NCBI GenBank assembly: GCA_051439505.1
Contig: JBFRWI010000026.1
Location: 1 to 57,045, forward strand
Direction: 5' to 3'
DNA length: 57,045 bases
Source: Hormoscilla sp.
Lineage (GTDB): Bacteria > Cyanobacteriota > Cyanobacteriia > Cyanobacteriales > Desertifilaceae
Every line of letters starts with the position of its first letter. The stretch's first letter is position 1. Below, piece by piece: positions 39,496 to 49,200 of the stretch. Both the position numbers and the translations under genes were made by a program. A model generated the notes under the pieces. The model ran no database searches. It was not told the DNA's origin and saw nothing but the letters and a program-made list of their open reading frames with translations.

Positions 39496-39891
39496 GTGTT
39501 ATTCTCAAATCAACTGCCAGATATATTGGATGCAGAACTTAGGTTGGCAGACAACCTCGGCATCAAGCCTGTGGTAGTATTGGATGCCCAATTCGATCGG
39601 GTAATCAATCAGGGAACTATCAAATGGGCGGTGACGACAGCCTCCGAACTCGTTGTCATTCCCAAAATTGTGAATGGGCAAGAAATACCTCATACTATCT
39701 TAACTCGCGGTCAGCCAGTTTTGGCAGCGGGGGAAGCGGAAATTGCTGGCAGCAACGGTCAATATATAATGTTGTCAATAAATAATTATAGCGGTCATTT
39801 TCGACCAACTGCGGATAGCTTAGAGATTGGCAAAGAAGCTTTTAGACAACAAGGTATTGACCCAACCACAGCCCAAGAAGAATTTATGTAG
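39496..39891 (+). CDS. Putative stand-alone toxin-like domain (H..L..G..V.AAGE...N.SGHF.P motif)
   Basis: HTILTRGQPVLAAGE and INNYSGHFRP, a motif pattern I associate with polymorphic-toxin C-termini. Confidence 0.6.
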   Translation: MLFSNQLPDILDAELRLADNLGIKPVVVLDAQFDRVINQGTIKWAVTTASELVVIPKIVNGQEIPHTILTRGQPVLAAGEAEIAGSNGQYIMLSINNYSGHFRPTADSLEIGKEAFRQQGIDPTTAQEEFM

Positions 39892-39904
39892 TGAGTGAAT
39901 CATT

Positions 39905-40447
39905 ATGAGTCAAACCCAGGAGACAATACCATTAAATAAGCTACAGCAACAGGATGCAGCGGAGGTGCTGGCTTGGCTGAAGCGCATAGAGTCAGGTCAA
40001 GAGTTGCCAGAGGCAGGATTTAACTGGCTAGGCTTGGCTGAATTAGCTGCTTTTGAAGCCCATTCTAAATATAACCTTTTGTGGGCAGAGGTGGCGACAT
40101 CAGTTTACGATCGATTGGCGGCAGAAAACAATAGCGTCAGAGAGTCTTTGATGATTTCGTCGATGTTGGTACGCGCTGCTGCGATCGCCCAACACGGACA
40201 GGTTTCCGGTCATCCCGTTCTCGATCTCCAACAGATTGTCCGCTGGTTTGGCGACGGTCTCACCATATCGCCTCACCGTGCAGCTTCCAAGGCCCGTCAT
40301 TGGCGATCGTGCAATATTGAAGAAATTCGCGAGTTACGATCGATCAAAAATCGCTTGGCCGCGATCGCCGTTTTAGCCGATAGCGATAAGTGCGTTTTAC
40401 CTCCAGAAATTAAGGCTTGGCTTTCTCTACGGGAGAAACTACCCTAG
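39905..40447 (+). CDS. Hypothetical protein, putative immunity partner
   Basis: 180-aa helical ORF 13 bp downstream of the toxin-like gene. Confidence 0.6.
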   Translation: MSQTQETIPLNKLQQQDAAEVLAWLKRIESGQELPEAGFNWLGLAELAAFEAHSKYNLLWAEVATSVYDRLAAENNSVRESLMISSMLVRAAAIAQHGQVSGHPVLDLQQIVRWFGDGLTISPHRAASKARHWRSCNIEEIRELRSIKNRLAAIAVLADSDKCVLPPEIKAWLSLREKLP

Positions 40448-40538
40448 TCCAAGGAAATGGGGTGCATCTGGACCGCAAGCGTTGCTGCCCGAACCCTAAA
40501 GGGTCCGGCTACTTGAACTTAGCCCGCCTGCGCGGGCT

Positions 40539-40632
40539 TAATATATCTTTACATTGAGGAGAAAGCGATCGGATATGATAGAATAGAAGAGTCGATAGCA
40601 CGCTTAAGCGCGATCTGGAAATGAAAACTCAA
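40539..40632 (+). repeat. 94-bp direct repeat, copy 2
   Basis: Matches 39327-39420; a third partial copy lies at about 40972-40997. Confidence 0.92.
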
Positions 40633-40920
40633 CCAACTAGGCTTGACATTGACACCAGTGTACTTGCAGGTCTGGCCATTTTGTCGCCAGAGAACAGAGA
40701 AAAGGTATGGCAGGCGATCGACTCCCTAGAAAGTTTCGATCCTGACCAACCCCTTGACTCGAAGATCCAAAAAGGTGTAATATCAGATAAAGTCTTCTAC
40801 ATGCTCCACGCTACTCCAATTTACAGAGTCATTTTTACAATGAGTGATGGGGGTGAAATAGAAGTCATCGACCTGTTTAGAAAAGAAAGGTTGGAATTTT
40901 TTGCGAAATTTCGCGATTAG
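40621..40920 (+). CDS. RelE/ParE-like small protein, copy 1
   Basis: 99 aa with the YRVIF...IEVIDLF pattern of the RelE fold; paralog follows. Confidence 0.65.
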   Translation: MKTQPTRLDIDTSVLAGLAILSPENREKVWQAIDSLESFDPDQPLDSKIQKGVISDKVFYMLHATPIYRVIFTMSDGGEIEVIDLFRKERLEFFAKFRD

Positions 40921-40985
40921 GGAGCAGAAAGTAATGGGATATGCTAGAATATAGTAGTAGATTGCACCAGGAGCGCGATCGGGAA

Positions 40986-41288
40986 ATGAAAACTCAACCA
41001 AGTAAGCTCGATATTGACACCAGTGTGCTTGCAGGTCTGGCCATTTTGTCGCCAGATGACTCCAGAAAGGTATGGCAGGCGATCGACTCTCTGGAAAGTT
41101 TCGATCCAGACCAACCCCTTGACTCGAAGATCCAAAAATATACACCACCAGAAATGCGGACATTCTATCTGCTGCACGCTAGTCCCAGATACCGAGTTAT
41201 TTTTGAAATAACGGAAGAGAATGAAATCAAAGTCATAGACCTATTTAGAAAAGAAAGGTTAGAGGCTTTTGCTAAATTTCGGAATTAA
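40986..41288 (+). CDS. RelE/ParE-like small protein, copy 2
   Basis: 45/51 N-terminal residues identical to copy 1; start set at ATG 40986 by alignment with copy 1. Confidence 0.65.
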   Translation: MKTQPSKLDIDTSVLAGLAILSPDDSRKVWQAIDSLESFDPDQPLDSKIQKYTPPEMRTFYLLHASPRYRVIFEITEENEIKVIDLFRKERLEAFAKFRN

Positions 41289-42673
41289 TTGTCCGTACTC
41301 GCCCATGATTGGTGTTTCACGTACTCCTTAATGACAGGCTGAAGGGTAAAGCGCGATCGCCCATTTGCCGTGACCTTATCAATTAAGCAACGTCGCCTCA
41401 AAGAATGTACCGCAGTGAAGAAATCAGAGGGGGAAAGTGGGATAGTTTCTGGGGGACTGGAAATCTCGACAGCCACCTCTTGACTTGCTAACCAAAACAT
41501 TACCTGTTTTTCCGACTCGGACAAACGCTGACAATGTTTCTGCAATAAAGGTTCTACATCTCCTAAACAGAGGGTGGGACAAGATAAAAACTGTGCTACG
41601 CTACCATTAAATAATTCTATAATCATCGTGGCAACTATATTTAACCATAAGGGATTACCGCTGTAAAGCGGTATCAGTTCTAACCATTTGTCTGGATCGG
41701 TTAATCCTCTCTCTTTGCAGATTTCCCGCCCTGAGGCACCTAAACCTTGGAGTTGGAAGCTGCGACAGTGACGGTTCACCCCTTCTAAGGTGGCAATTTC
41801 TCTGGGTTTTTCCCAACTCAGGAGTAATAAGCAACTTTTGTGGGAAAATTCTGTTACTTGCTTAAAAAATGTGCCATAATCTTCGTAGCCTGGTTGGTAC
41901 TCCCCCGCTAATTCACCACTAACTAAAATTTGCTGCACGTCGTCCAAGATTATCAGACAAGGATGCGATCGCAGGTAGTCGAGGGGTGAAAGGAACTGAG
42001 TTGCTTGCTGCTGGGAGAAAAACTGCATTAAGTTTGTTTGCAGGTCCGACCAAGTCGGGGAATTCTCCAGGCTGCGCCAGATGATATAATCATAGTTGTC
42101 TTGTAGAAGTTGCACTAGCTGCACCGCTAGGGCAGTTTTGCCAATCCCGGATAATCCTAATAGGGTGACTAGGCGGGTATTCTTTTCGATAATCCATTCT
42201 TTGAGGGTAGCTAGGGCATGGGGGCGATCGCACGACCAATTCAACTCGGGCGCATCTCTGAGATCGTGGCATCTTTCCCGATCGACCTTGTCCGAGTTGT
42301 CCCCCTCTGATGAGGGCGATCGGCTTTTTGCTGGAGAGTTTCTATTTTCCTCACATACATTAATGTTCCCAATTTGCATACATTCACCAAAGTTGGAAAT
42401 ATTGGCAAATTTACATTTTTCCAATATTCTAGAGCGAACATTAGATTGCGTGATCTTGATGTTTTCGTCCAATACATCTGATAGGAGTTTCCATAATTTT
42501 GAACCAACCTTCTTGACATGATCGTGACTGACATGGCTATTGTTGGCTATTTCTGGATATTTTTGACCTTGTAAAGTACCTTCTAATATAGATCTTTGCA
42601 GGGAGTCCAGAGGTTTGCCGGTCTTGGCGAGTACCCGATCGCCGGTCCATTGTAGCATTTCTTGGATGTCCAT
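41285..42673 (-). CDS. N-terminal HTH-like + NB-ARC/NACHT STAND ATPase without C-terminal repeat sensor
   Basis: Walker A GLSGIGKT, Walker B LIILDD, YSGNPLWL and FTLQPVIKEY; HTH-like LQRSILEG..KYPEIA. Confidence 0.85.
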   Translation of the reverse strand: MDIQEMLQWTGDRVLAKTGKPLDSLQRSILEGTLQGQKYPEIANNSHVSHDHVKKVGSKLWKLLSDVLDENIKITQSNVRSRILEKCKFANISNFGECMQIGNINVCEENRNSPAKSRSPSSEGDNSDKVDRERCHDLRDAPELNWSCDRPHALATLKEWIIEKNTRLVTLLGLSGIGKTALAVQLVQLLQDNYDYIIWRSLENSPTWSDLQTNLMQFFSQQQATQFLSPLDYLRSHPCLIILDDVQQILVSGELAGEYQPGYEDYGTFFKQVTEFSHKSCLLLLSWEKPREIATLEGVNRHCRSFQLQGLGASGREICKERGLTDPDKWLELIPLYSGNPLWLNIVATMIIELFNGSVAQFLSCPTLCLGDVEPLLQKHCQRLSESEKQVMFWLASQEVAVEISSPPETIPLSPSDFFTAVHSLRRRCLIDKVTANGRSRFTLQPVIKEYVKHQSWASTDN

Positions 42674-42717
42674 AGGTCAAGGTGGAGTTATGCGTCATAG
42701 TTTAGGTTACTATTATG

Positions 42718-42825
42718 CCACTATATCACACTCTTTGCCACTTTCAGAACTAAATACCACTTTTTCCCACTAAATTAGAACTGGAAAATTTTCAGATTAC
42801 CCACTGTTTACCACTAAATACCACT
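42718..42825. promoter_or_regulatory. Helically phased (about 10 bp) CCACT/GAACT repeats in a divergent promoter region
   Basis: Motifs at 42718, 42728, 42738, 42747, 42757, 42767, 42778, 42801, 42811 and 42821. Confidence 0.65.
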
Positions 42826-42944
42826 ATCTTCCCCTTGGCAAAGCGAAATTTGTATGGCATCATAGTACATGTACATGTACAGCCAAGGCTGCTGGCTGCT
42901 CTGTAATTGACAATTAGATTAAATCGTGTTATGTAGAGGAAATC

Positions 42945-43418
42945 ATGAAGTCAAATCAAGTTGTCCTATCTGGAATTATTGCTCTGACCACAACAATAGC
43001 TGTAAGTTTACCGGTTCAATCTCAATATGGGAATAATTGTCCAGTGACTTATGCACAAGTGCAAGAAGCTATTAGAATAGCTGCTAAAGAAGATGGACTT
43101 TATTCAGTTTCACAATTACGGTCTTTCCCGCGCCGTTCGCAAAGACTTGTGGTACAACTTCAATCCATCTATAAAGATTATCGATGCAGAAATATTCAAC
43201 AGCAAGTAGAGCAAAGTCTCAGATATTTTTGGGAGGCAACGATCAGGGCGGAATATCAAATGCGAATAAGTTTACTTGAGTTAAATTTGGCGAAAATTGG
43301 AATACCCCCAGGGGAAAGGAATCGGATAGAAGGAGAAATATATAGGATAAGAAATGAAGAAATGCCAATGGCGATCCAAAGAAGAATAGGCGGTTTTTTC
43401 GGAACATCAAATTATTAG
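42945..43418 (+). CDS. Secreted hypothetical protein
   Basis: Signal peptide (..AVSLPVQS|Q); GAGGA RBS; AT-rich. Confidence 0.75.
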   Translation: MKSNQVVLSGIIALTTTIAVSLPVQSQYGNNCPVTYAQVQEAIRIAAKEDGLYSVSQLRSFPRRSQRLVVQLQSIYKDYRCRNIQQQVEQSLRYFWEATIRAEYQMRISLLELNLAKIGIPPGERNRIEGEIYRIRNEEMPMAIQRRIGGFFGTSNY

Positions 43419-43679
43419 ATAATGGATTTGCGCATTCTCAGGATGATGGTTGATAATTTTCGCGCTTTTGCGCTTTTGCTAATGGCTAATCCTATCATTC
43501 CCTAATTGTGCAACGCCCAGAAATCGCCCTCAGTTACTGCATAGCTGTCCCCATTGGCTCCAACACGGCTTGTTGAACGACGGTAGCCACTTGTGAATCA
43601 GTCGCGACTCCAGCTTTTGGCGAGGCGATCGCCCCCTCGAACCCGCGCAAGCGGGTTTTGTTTTTGTAGCCGCGATGCG

Positions 43680-43728
43680 ATCGCCCAGGCAAATCTATGA
43701 GCTATAATGACAATTGTACCCCGATCGC
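43680..43728 (+). repeat. About 48-bp direct repeat, copy 1
   Basis: ATCGCCCAGGCAAATCTATGAGCTATAATGACAATTGTACCCCGATCGC; matches 44753-44800 with 2 differences. Confidence 0.9.
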
Positions 43729-43778
43729 CCGCCACCTCAACTTTAATGATTTTGACGAAATTTGCTGAAATTTGTCCA

Positions 43779-44279
43779 TCATCTATACCCGATCGGGACA
43801 AGTGATTTAAAAACACCTGTCATGGTATTAATAGTTAAACTGTCTCCATCGAGCATTTCGATCGCCAGTTCTTCACCAACCACAGACATACCTATTCCCT
43901 GGTCAGGTAAGTCCTCACTAAATCGGATAGAACCTCCTGGGTTAAACAGCAGCACTTCCTCTTCCGTCAGTACCGCTGTTACCCGATCGAGCGTCATAAT
44001 TTGCACTATATAGGTTGTTAAGGGTAGTGAAACTAGGAGGCGACCGCTTTGCAAACAAATACAGGCTAACTGTTGATCTACGCCGACCCAAACTGCATTT
44101 TCTTCCGACCATACTTTAATTATAGGCTTCAGTGAAGAACTGCGCCAACTCATTCCGTAACTACCCAATTTTTCTCCCAAGTCTAGGATAGCAAATTTGT
44201 GAGAGTAATCATGGACAATTATCTGCCTCACTCCCTCCATAAGGTTGAACTCGGATTCCCTAATGCTTTTAATCTTCAT
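43779..44279 (-). CDS. Hypothetical beta-rich protein, putative immunity partner
   Basis: 166 aa; AGGAG RBS at the end of the upstream gene. Confidence 0.7.
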   Translation of the reverse strand: MKIKSIRESEFNLMEGVRQIIVHDYSHKFAILDLGEKLGSYGMSWRSSSLKPIIKVWSEENAVWVGVDQQLACICLQSGRLLVSLPLTTYIVQIMTLDRVTAVLTEEEVLLFNPGGSIRFSEDLPDQGIGMSVVGEELAIEMLDGDSLTINTMTGVFKSLVPIGYR

Positions 44280-44287
44280 CCTGACTC

Positions 44288-44662
44288 CTATTTATAGATT
44301 AACACTACGATCGAAGTTACTTGAGGCTTGACGGATAGGTCGCCATTAGGATAAAAGTATCTAACTACGATCGCACCCTCAACTTCACCGTAGCTCACTT
44401 CCACTTTCCTTGATATGTTCAGACCGTATTTAGTCAGTTTTCTCCCTTTCTCAATTTCTGGAGCATTTAATCCTTCCTGAAATATTTCTAGGAGACGTTC
44501 TCTACCATCAGCAGCTTCGTCAATTCCTAGGATATTTAAGTTTTCTAAATTATCTGACGACCTCCTGATATTTTTTGTATTAGATGTCACTCTCCCAAAA
44601 AAGAAGTCAAATTTACTTTCTTTGACCGTAAACCCTTTACCCTCAATCTGGCGTTCTGGCAC
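44288..44662 (-). CDS. Hypothetical protein, putative orphan toxin C-terminal domain
   Basis: 124 aa, AT-rich; KFDFFFGRV motif and terminal beta strands; first gene of a tight pair. Confidence 0.6.
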   Translation of the reverse strand: MPERQIEGKGFTVKESKFDFFFGRVTSNTKNIRRSSDNLENLNILGIDEAADGRERLLEIFQEGLNAPEIEKGRKLTKYGLNISRKVEVSYGEVEGAIVVRYFYPNGDLSVKPQVTSIVVLIYK

Positions 44663-44752
44663 AATTTAATCTTTACTCCCTACATCAATTATCTCTTATC
44701 CTAATCTTACTATACTATTTAATTGCGCGATCGCCTTTTTTTTCGCTATTTC

Positions 44753-44800
44753 ATCGCCCAGGCCAATCTATGAGCTATAATACAATTGTACCCCGATCGC
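44753..44800 (+). repeat. About 48-bp direct repeat, copy 2
   Basis: Matches 43680-43728. Confidence 0.9.
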
Positions 44801-44823
44801 GACAGGAGCGATCGGGCATGGGG

Positions 44824-45726
44824 CTATGGGGCTACTGGCATATCGCCTGATTCATGTTGCTGTAACCAAGCGGCTAAATCATCCACCGTCGAGAAATCCA
44901 ACAGCGCTTCTACCAAATCTTCTAACTGAGAGATAGACAGCTTTTTCAGGCGATCGTCAAACCAGTCAGTCCAAACGCCAAATCTGCGCACGCCCAGGCG
45001 GTAAATAACTTCCAAATAACCTTCGGCGCGACCTTCCGCGAGACCTTCCTCACGGCCTTCAACGCGACCTTCCGCGCGACCAATTTGCCGACCTTTTTGC
45101 AGAATATCCTGATAAATTACTGATTCACGCATGACTTCCTCTTTGAATAACTGATTAATCAATTGTTTCTCAAATCGCAGACCTGCCAAAATTGAAATGC
45201 AGGCTGAAATCTCATTGCGTCGAGCTGTTGACTCGATTTTACCAAATTCCTGAGCCACTTGTGCTAACAAGCTATTGGAGTTATCACTGCGAGCTAGAGT
45301 TGCCAATGGTAAAAGACCCGGATCTGCCATCAGTATAGCTGGGTCTTCTTCCCATAAGCGAATGACCTGATACCGATGTATGGTATCAGAGTCTTTATAC
45401 CGATTCTGGAACACTAACTCACTCGTAGTAGCTTTGAGGAAAATCACCGCCTGTTTGACTTCACAGTTATACTGTCTGACCAGCCTTGCTTTATAGTCTA
45501 ACATGCGAGTGGGAATTGGCGGATATGAATAGGGCAGAGTCTGAAATTCCAGCTGCTTTATCTAATTTCCTACGCGCAGGAAAATAATCGAATCCGCCTG
45601 AACTGGTTCCGAGAGCAGTTCAGTCTTTAATAGCTCAACCTCGTCGGAGTCGATATTAAAAATCCAACGGAAGAAGGCTCTCGGATCCTGTTCTGCCAGA
45701 TATTTGCAGCTGTTGTCGTAACTCAA
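44824..45726 (-). pseudogene. Rpn-family PD-(D/E)XK nuclease with DUF4351-type tail, interrupted by an in-frame TAG
   Basis: TTG 45726 reads SYDNSCKYLAE...QADSIIFLRVGN*IKQLEFQT..RMLDY in one frame, stop at 45562-45564. MRESVIYQDI, G(R/L)xE repeats and LEDLVEALLDF follow. Confidence 0.85.
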
Positions 45727-46034
45727 TTTATCCTCTTTTCTTTCTTGGTTTTACTCTAATACTATGCTAACACAATTAATGATATTTGAATGAGTTCGCA
45801 AACTTCTTTATTTTTTTGTGCAGATATATAATATCGCGATCGCCATTACACCGGTTACAGAAACAAATATATCATTTCGGGAAACGCTTAATAGCCGAGC
45901 AGCAAAAAATCAGATATACTTTTGCCGGCGCGGAAATGGTGATCGCCTCTATTATATTTTACAAGTTTTATCTAATTTGCCCAAAACCATTGAGTTGTGG
46001 TATATTAGAAAATGAATAAAGCAACCACGTAGTT

Positions 46035-48923
46035 ATGTCAGAGATTGTGAATATTTCAGATAAATTGCCGAGGGCAAAGGCAAATCCTGCCGCCAGGGAG
46101 AATAAAATTAAAATCAGGGGTGCCAGACAGCATAATCTCAAAAATATTGACCTGGAACTGCCCCGCGATCGCCTGATCGTGTTTACAGGAGTATCGGGTT
46201 CGGGGAAATCTTCTCTGGCCTTCGACACCATTTTTGCCGAGGGACAGCGCCGCTATGTAGAATCTCTCAGCGCCTACGCCCGGCAGTTTCTCGGACAGGT
46301 GGATAAACCCGATGTAGATGCGATCGAGGGTTTAAGTCCCGCTATTTCCATCGACCAGAAGTCTACTTCCCACAACCCCCGATCGACTGTCGGAACGGTA
46401 ACGGAAATATACGATTACCTGCGACTGCTGTTCGGGCGGGCCGGAGAACCTCACTGTCCCAAATGCGATCGATCCATCGTGCCGGAAACTATCGACCAAA
46501 TGTGCGATCGGGTAATGTCACTGCCCGATGGAACCCGTTTCCAAATCCTGGCCCCCGTAGTCCGGGGCCAAAAAGGCAGCTTTCAGAAGTTACTTTCATC
46601 ATTTGGTTCCCAAGGTTTCGTCAGAGTCCGGGTAGATGGAGAAGTCCTGCGCCTGGACGAAAAGATTGAGTTAAATAAAAATAAAACTCACAACATTGAA
46701 ATCGTAGTCGATCGCCTGGTGAAGAAACCGGAAATTACCGAACGGTTGCATGACTCTTTGAGTACCTGTCTGAGTCAGGCAGAGGGACTGGCCTTTATTG
46801 AAATTCTCAATAAAGATGCAGATGAGAACGAAACCATCGTCTTTTCGGAAAACTTTGCTTGTCCCGAACATGGGGCCGTCATGGAAGAGTTATCCCCGCG
46901 CATGTTTTCCTTTAATTCTCCCCACGGGGCCTGTCCAACTTGTCACGGACTTGGTAGCTTGCGGACCTTTTCTCCAGAATTAATCGTACCCTATCCCGAT
47001 GCCCCCCTCTATAGCGCGATCGCCCCTTGGGTAGACAAAGATAGTAGTTATTATCTCTCCCTACTCTACAGCCTTTCGGAAGAATATGGGTTTGAAATGG
47101 AAACATCCTGGAACGATTTGACCGCAGAACAACAGGAGATTATCCTCTATGGCAGCAAGGAAACCCTCTACCTTTACACTGCCGTAGATGAAGAAGACGA
47201 ACGGGGTCACTACGGTTTGTATAAAGGGGTTATCCCCATGCTGGACCGGCAGTATAAGTCAACCGGTTCCGAATTGCAAAAGCAAAAGCTGGAACAATAT
47301 TTAATTAATCAACCTTGTCCCGAATGTAAAGGATTGCGACTCAAACCCGCAAGCCTGGCGGTAAGATTAGGACAGGAGAGAATTCAGAACCTGACCAGCG
47401 TTTCCATCGGCGAATGTCTGGAACGGATTAACAACCTAAATCTTTCCCCCCGTCAGGCGAAAATTGGAGAATTGGCACTCAAAGAAATTACCGCCAGACT
47501 GCAATTTCTCCTGGACGTGGGTTTAGATTACCTGACCCTCGATCGGGCGGCCACCACCCTATCTGGAGGGGAAGCGCAACGCATTCGCCTGGCCACCCAA
47601 ATTGGTGCCGGACTCACGGGAGTCCTCTATGTTTTGGATGAACCCAGTATCGGGTTGCATCAACGAGATAATCAACGTCTGTTGCAAACCCTCATTAAAC
47701 TTCGGGATCTGGGCAATAGTTTAATAGTAGTAGAACATGATGAAGAAACCATTCGTGCTGCCGATCTTCTGGTAGATATCGGTCCCGGCGCGGGAGTCCA
47801 TGGGGGCCATATTGTCGTCCAAGGAACTCTCCCAGAGTTGCAAGCATCGGAAGAGTCCATAACCGGTGGCTATTTGTCCAGGAGGCGAGTTATTGAAACG
47901 CCAAATAAGAGAAGAGAAGGAAATGGGCGATCGCTAGTTTTGCAAGAGGCCCACAAAAATAACCTCAAGCATGTTAATGTAGAGATACCCTTAGGAAAGT
48001 TAGTCGCCATTACCGGAGTATCCGGTTCCGGTAAATCTACCTTAATTAACGAGTTACTTTACCCGGCCTTGCAACATCATCTCTCTCGCAAAGTTCCCTT
48101 CCCCAAGGAAATGAAGCGCCTCAAAGGACTGGAGGCCATCGATAAGGCGATCGCGATCGACCAATCACCCATAGGCAGAACGCCCCGTTCCAACCCCGGC
48201 ACCTATACAGGAGTATTTGATGTGATCCGGGGGATATTTGCCGAAACCATAGAAGCGAAAGCAAGAGGTTACAAACCGGGACAATTTTCCTTTAACGTCA
48301 AAGGAGGGCGATGCGAAGCTTGTAGCGGCCAAGGGATAAATATCATCGAGATGAACTTCCTGCCCGATGTCCACGTCCAATGCGAAGTTTGTAAAGGGGC
48401 GCGATACAACCGGGAAACCCTGCAAGTGAAATACAAAGGACATTCTATTGCTGAAGTCCTGGACATGACAGTAGAAGAAGCATTGTCAATATTTGCGAAC
48501 ATCCCCAAAGCAGCAAAAAAATTGCAAACATTAGTCGATGTCGGGTTAGGATATATACAGTTAGGACAGCCGGCACCCACCCTTTCCGGGGGGGAAGCGC
48601 AACGGATGAAATTAGCATCAGAATTATCCCGTCGGGCCACGGGGAAAACTCTCTATTTAATCGACGAACCGACGACGGGTTTATCCTTTTATGACGTCCA
48701 TCAACTGTTAAATGTCTTGCAGCGCTTAGTAGATAAAGGAAATTCGATTATAGTGATCGAACATAACTTAGATGTAATTCGCAGTGCGGACTGGGTAATT
48801 GACTTAGGACCAGAAGGGGGGGATAATGGCGGAGAAATAATAGCCGTGGGCACCCCGGAAGAAGTGGCAGAAAATCCCAACTCTTATACTGGGCTATACT
48901 TAAAGCATGTTTTGCAGAATTGA
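46035..48923 (+). CDS. uvrA: Excinuclease ABC subunit A
   Basis: GARQHNLKNI, two GVSGSGKS Walker A motifs, zinc fingers, LSGGEAQR x2. Confidence 0.98.
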   Translation: MSEIVNISDKLPRAKANPAARENKIKIRGARQHNLKNIDLELPRDRLIVFTGVSGSGKSSLAFDTIFAEGQRRYVESLSAYARQFLGQVDKPDVDAIEGLSPAISIDQKSTSHNPRSTVGTVTEIYDYLRLLFGRAGEPHCPKCDRSIVPETIDQMCDRVMSLPDGTRFQILAPVVRGQKGSFQKLLSSFGSQGFVRVRVDGEVLRLDEKIELNKNKTHNIEIVVDRLVKKPEITERLHDSLSTCLSQAEGLAFIEILNKDADENETIVFSENFACPEHGAVMEELSPRMFSFNSPHGACPTCHGLGSLRTFSPELIVPYPDAPLYSAIAPWVDKDSSYYLSLLYSLSEEYGFEMETSWNDLTAEQQEIILYGSKETLYLYTAVDEEDERGHYGLYKGVIPMLDRQYKSTGSELQKQKLEQYLINQPCPECKGLRLKPASLAVRLGQERIQNLTSVSIGECLERINNLNLSPRQAKIGELALKEITARLQFLLDVGLDYLTLDRAATTLSGGEAQRIRLATQIGAGLTGVLYVLDEPSIGLHQRDNQRLLQTLIKLRDLGNSLIVVEHDEETIRAADLLVDIGPGAGVHGGHIVVQGTLPELQASEESITGGYLSRRRVIETPNKRREGNGRSLVLQEAHKNNLKHVNVEIPLGKLVAITGVSGSGKSTLINELLYPALQHHLSRKVPFPKEMKRLKGLEAIDKAIAIDQSPIGRTPRSNPGTYTGVFDVIRGIFAETIEAKARGYKPGQFSFNVKGGRCEACSGQGINIIEMNFLPDVHVQCEVCKGARYNRETLQVKYKGHSIAEVLDMTVEEALSIFANIPKAAKKLQTLVDVGLGYIQLGQPAPTLSGGEAQRMKLASELSRRATGKTLYLIDEPTTGLSFYDVHQLLNVLQRLVDKGNSIIVIEHNLDVIRSADWVIDLGPEGGDNGGEIIAVGTPEEVAENPNSYTGLYLKHVLQN

Positions 48924-48940
48924 TCTAAAATGAATTAGTC

Positions 48941-49026
48941 GTAGGTTGGGTTTCGTGCCTCAACCCAACAAAGGGATGTGGCGCCGCGTTACGCCTGTTG
49001 GGTTTCCTAACGTCAACCCAACCTAC
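48941..49026. repeat. REP doublet GTAGGTTGGGTT...CAACCCAACA / TGTTGGGTT...CAACCCAACCTAC
   Basis: Inverted pair of GTAG-type hairpins after uvrA. Confidence 0.8.
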
Positions 49027-49130
49027 GAATATCAAAAGTGATATGCACCCGACCATTTTTCCAAATCATGCTACAATTTATAGCGTTATCCTAATAGTCG
49101 GTTTTAACCGACTTTAGCTATTAGCCGGGG

Positions 49131-49162
49131 GTTTGAACCCCCGGCGGGCTGACAGCGAAGAG
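49131..49162 (+). repeat. 32-bp direct repeat, copy 1 (partial copy at 49174-49199; copy 2 at 52000-52031)
   Basis: GTTTGAACCCCCGGCGGGCTRACAGCGAAGAG, 31/32 identical between the full copies. Confidence 0.85.
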
Positions 49163-49200
49163 AGAAGAGAACAAACCCCCGGCGGGCTGACAGGGAAGAA

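Noticed and set aside
40621..41288. Diversity-generating retroelement TR/VR pair
   Set aside because: Mismatches are not adenine-specific, many are synonymous, and no reverse transcriptase is present.
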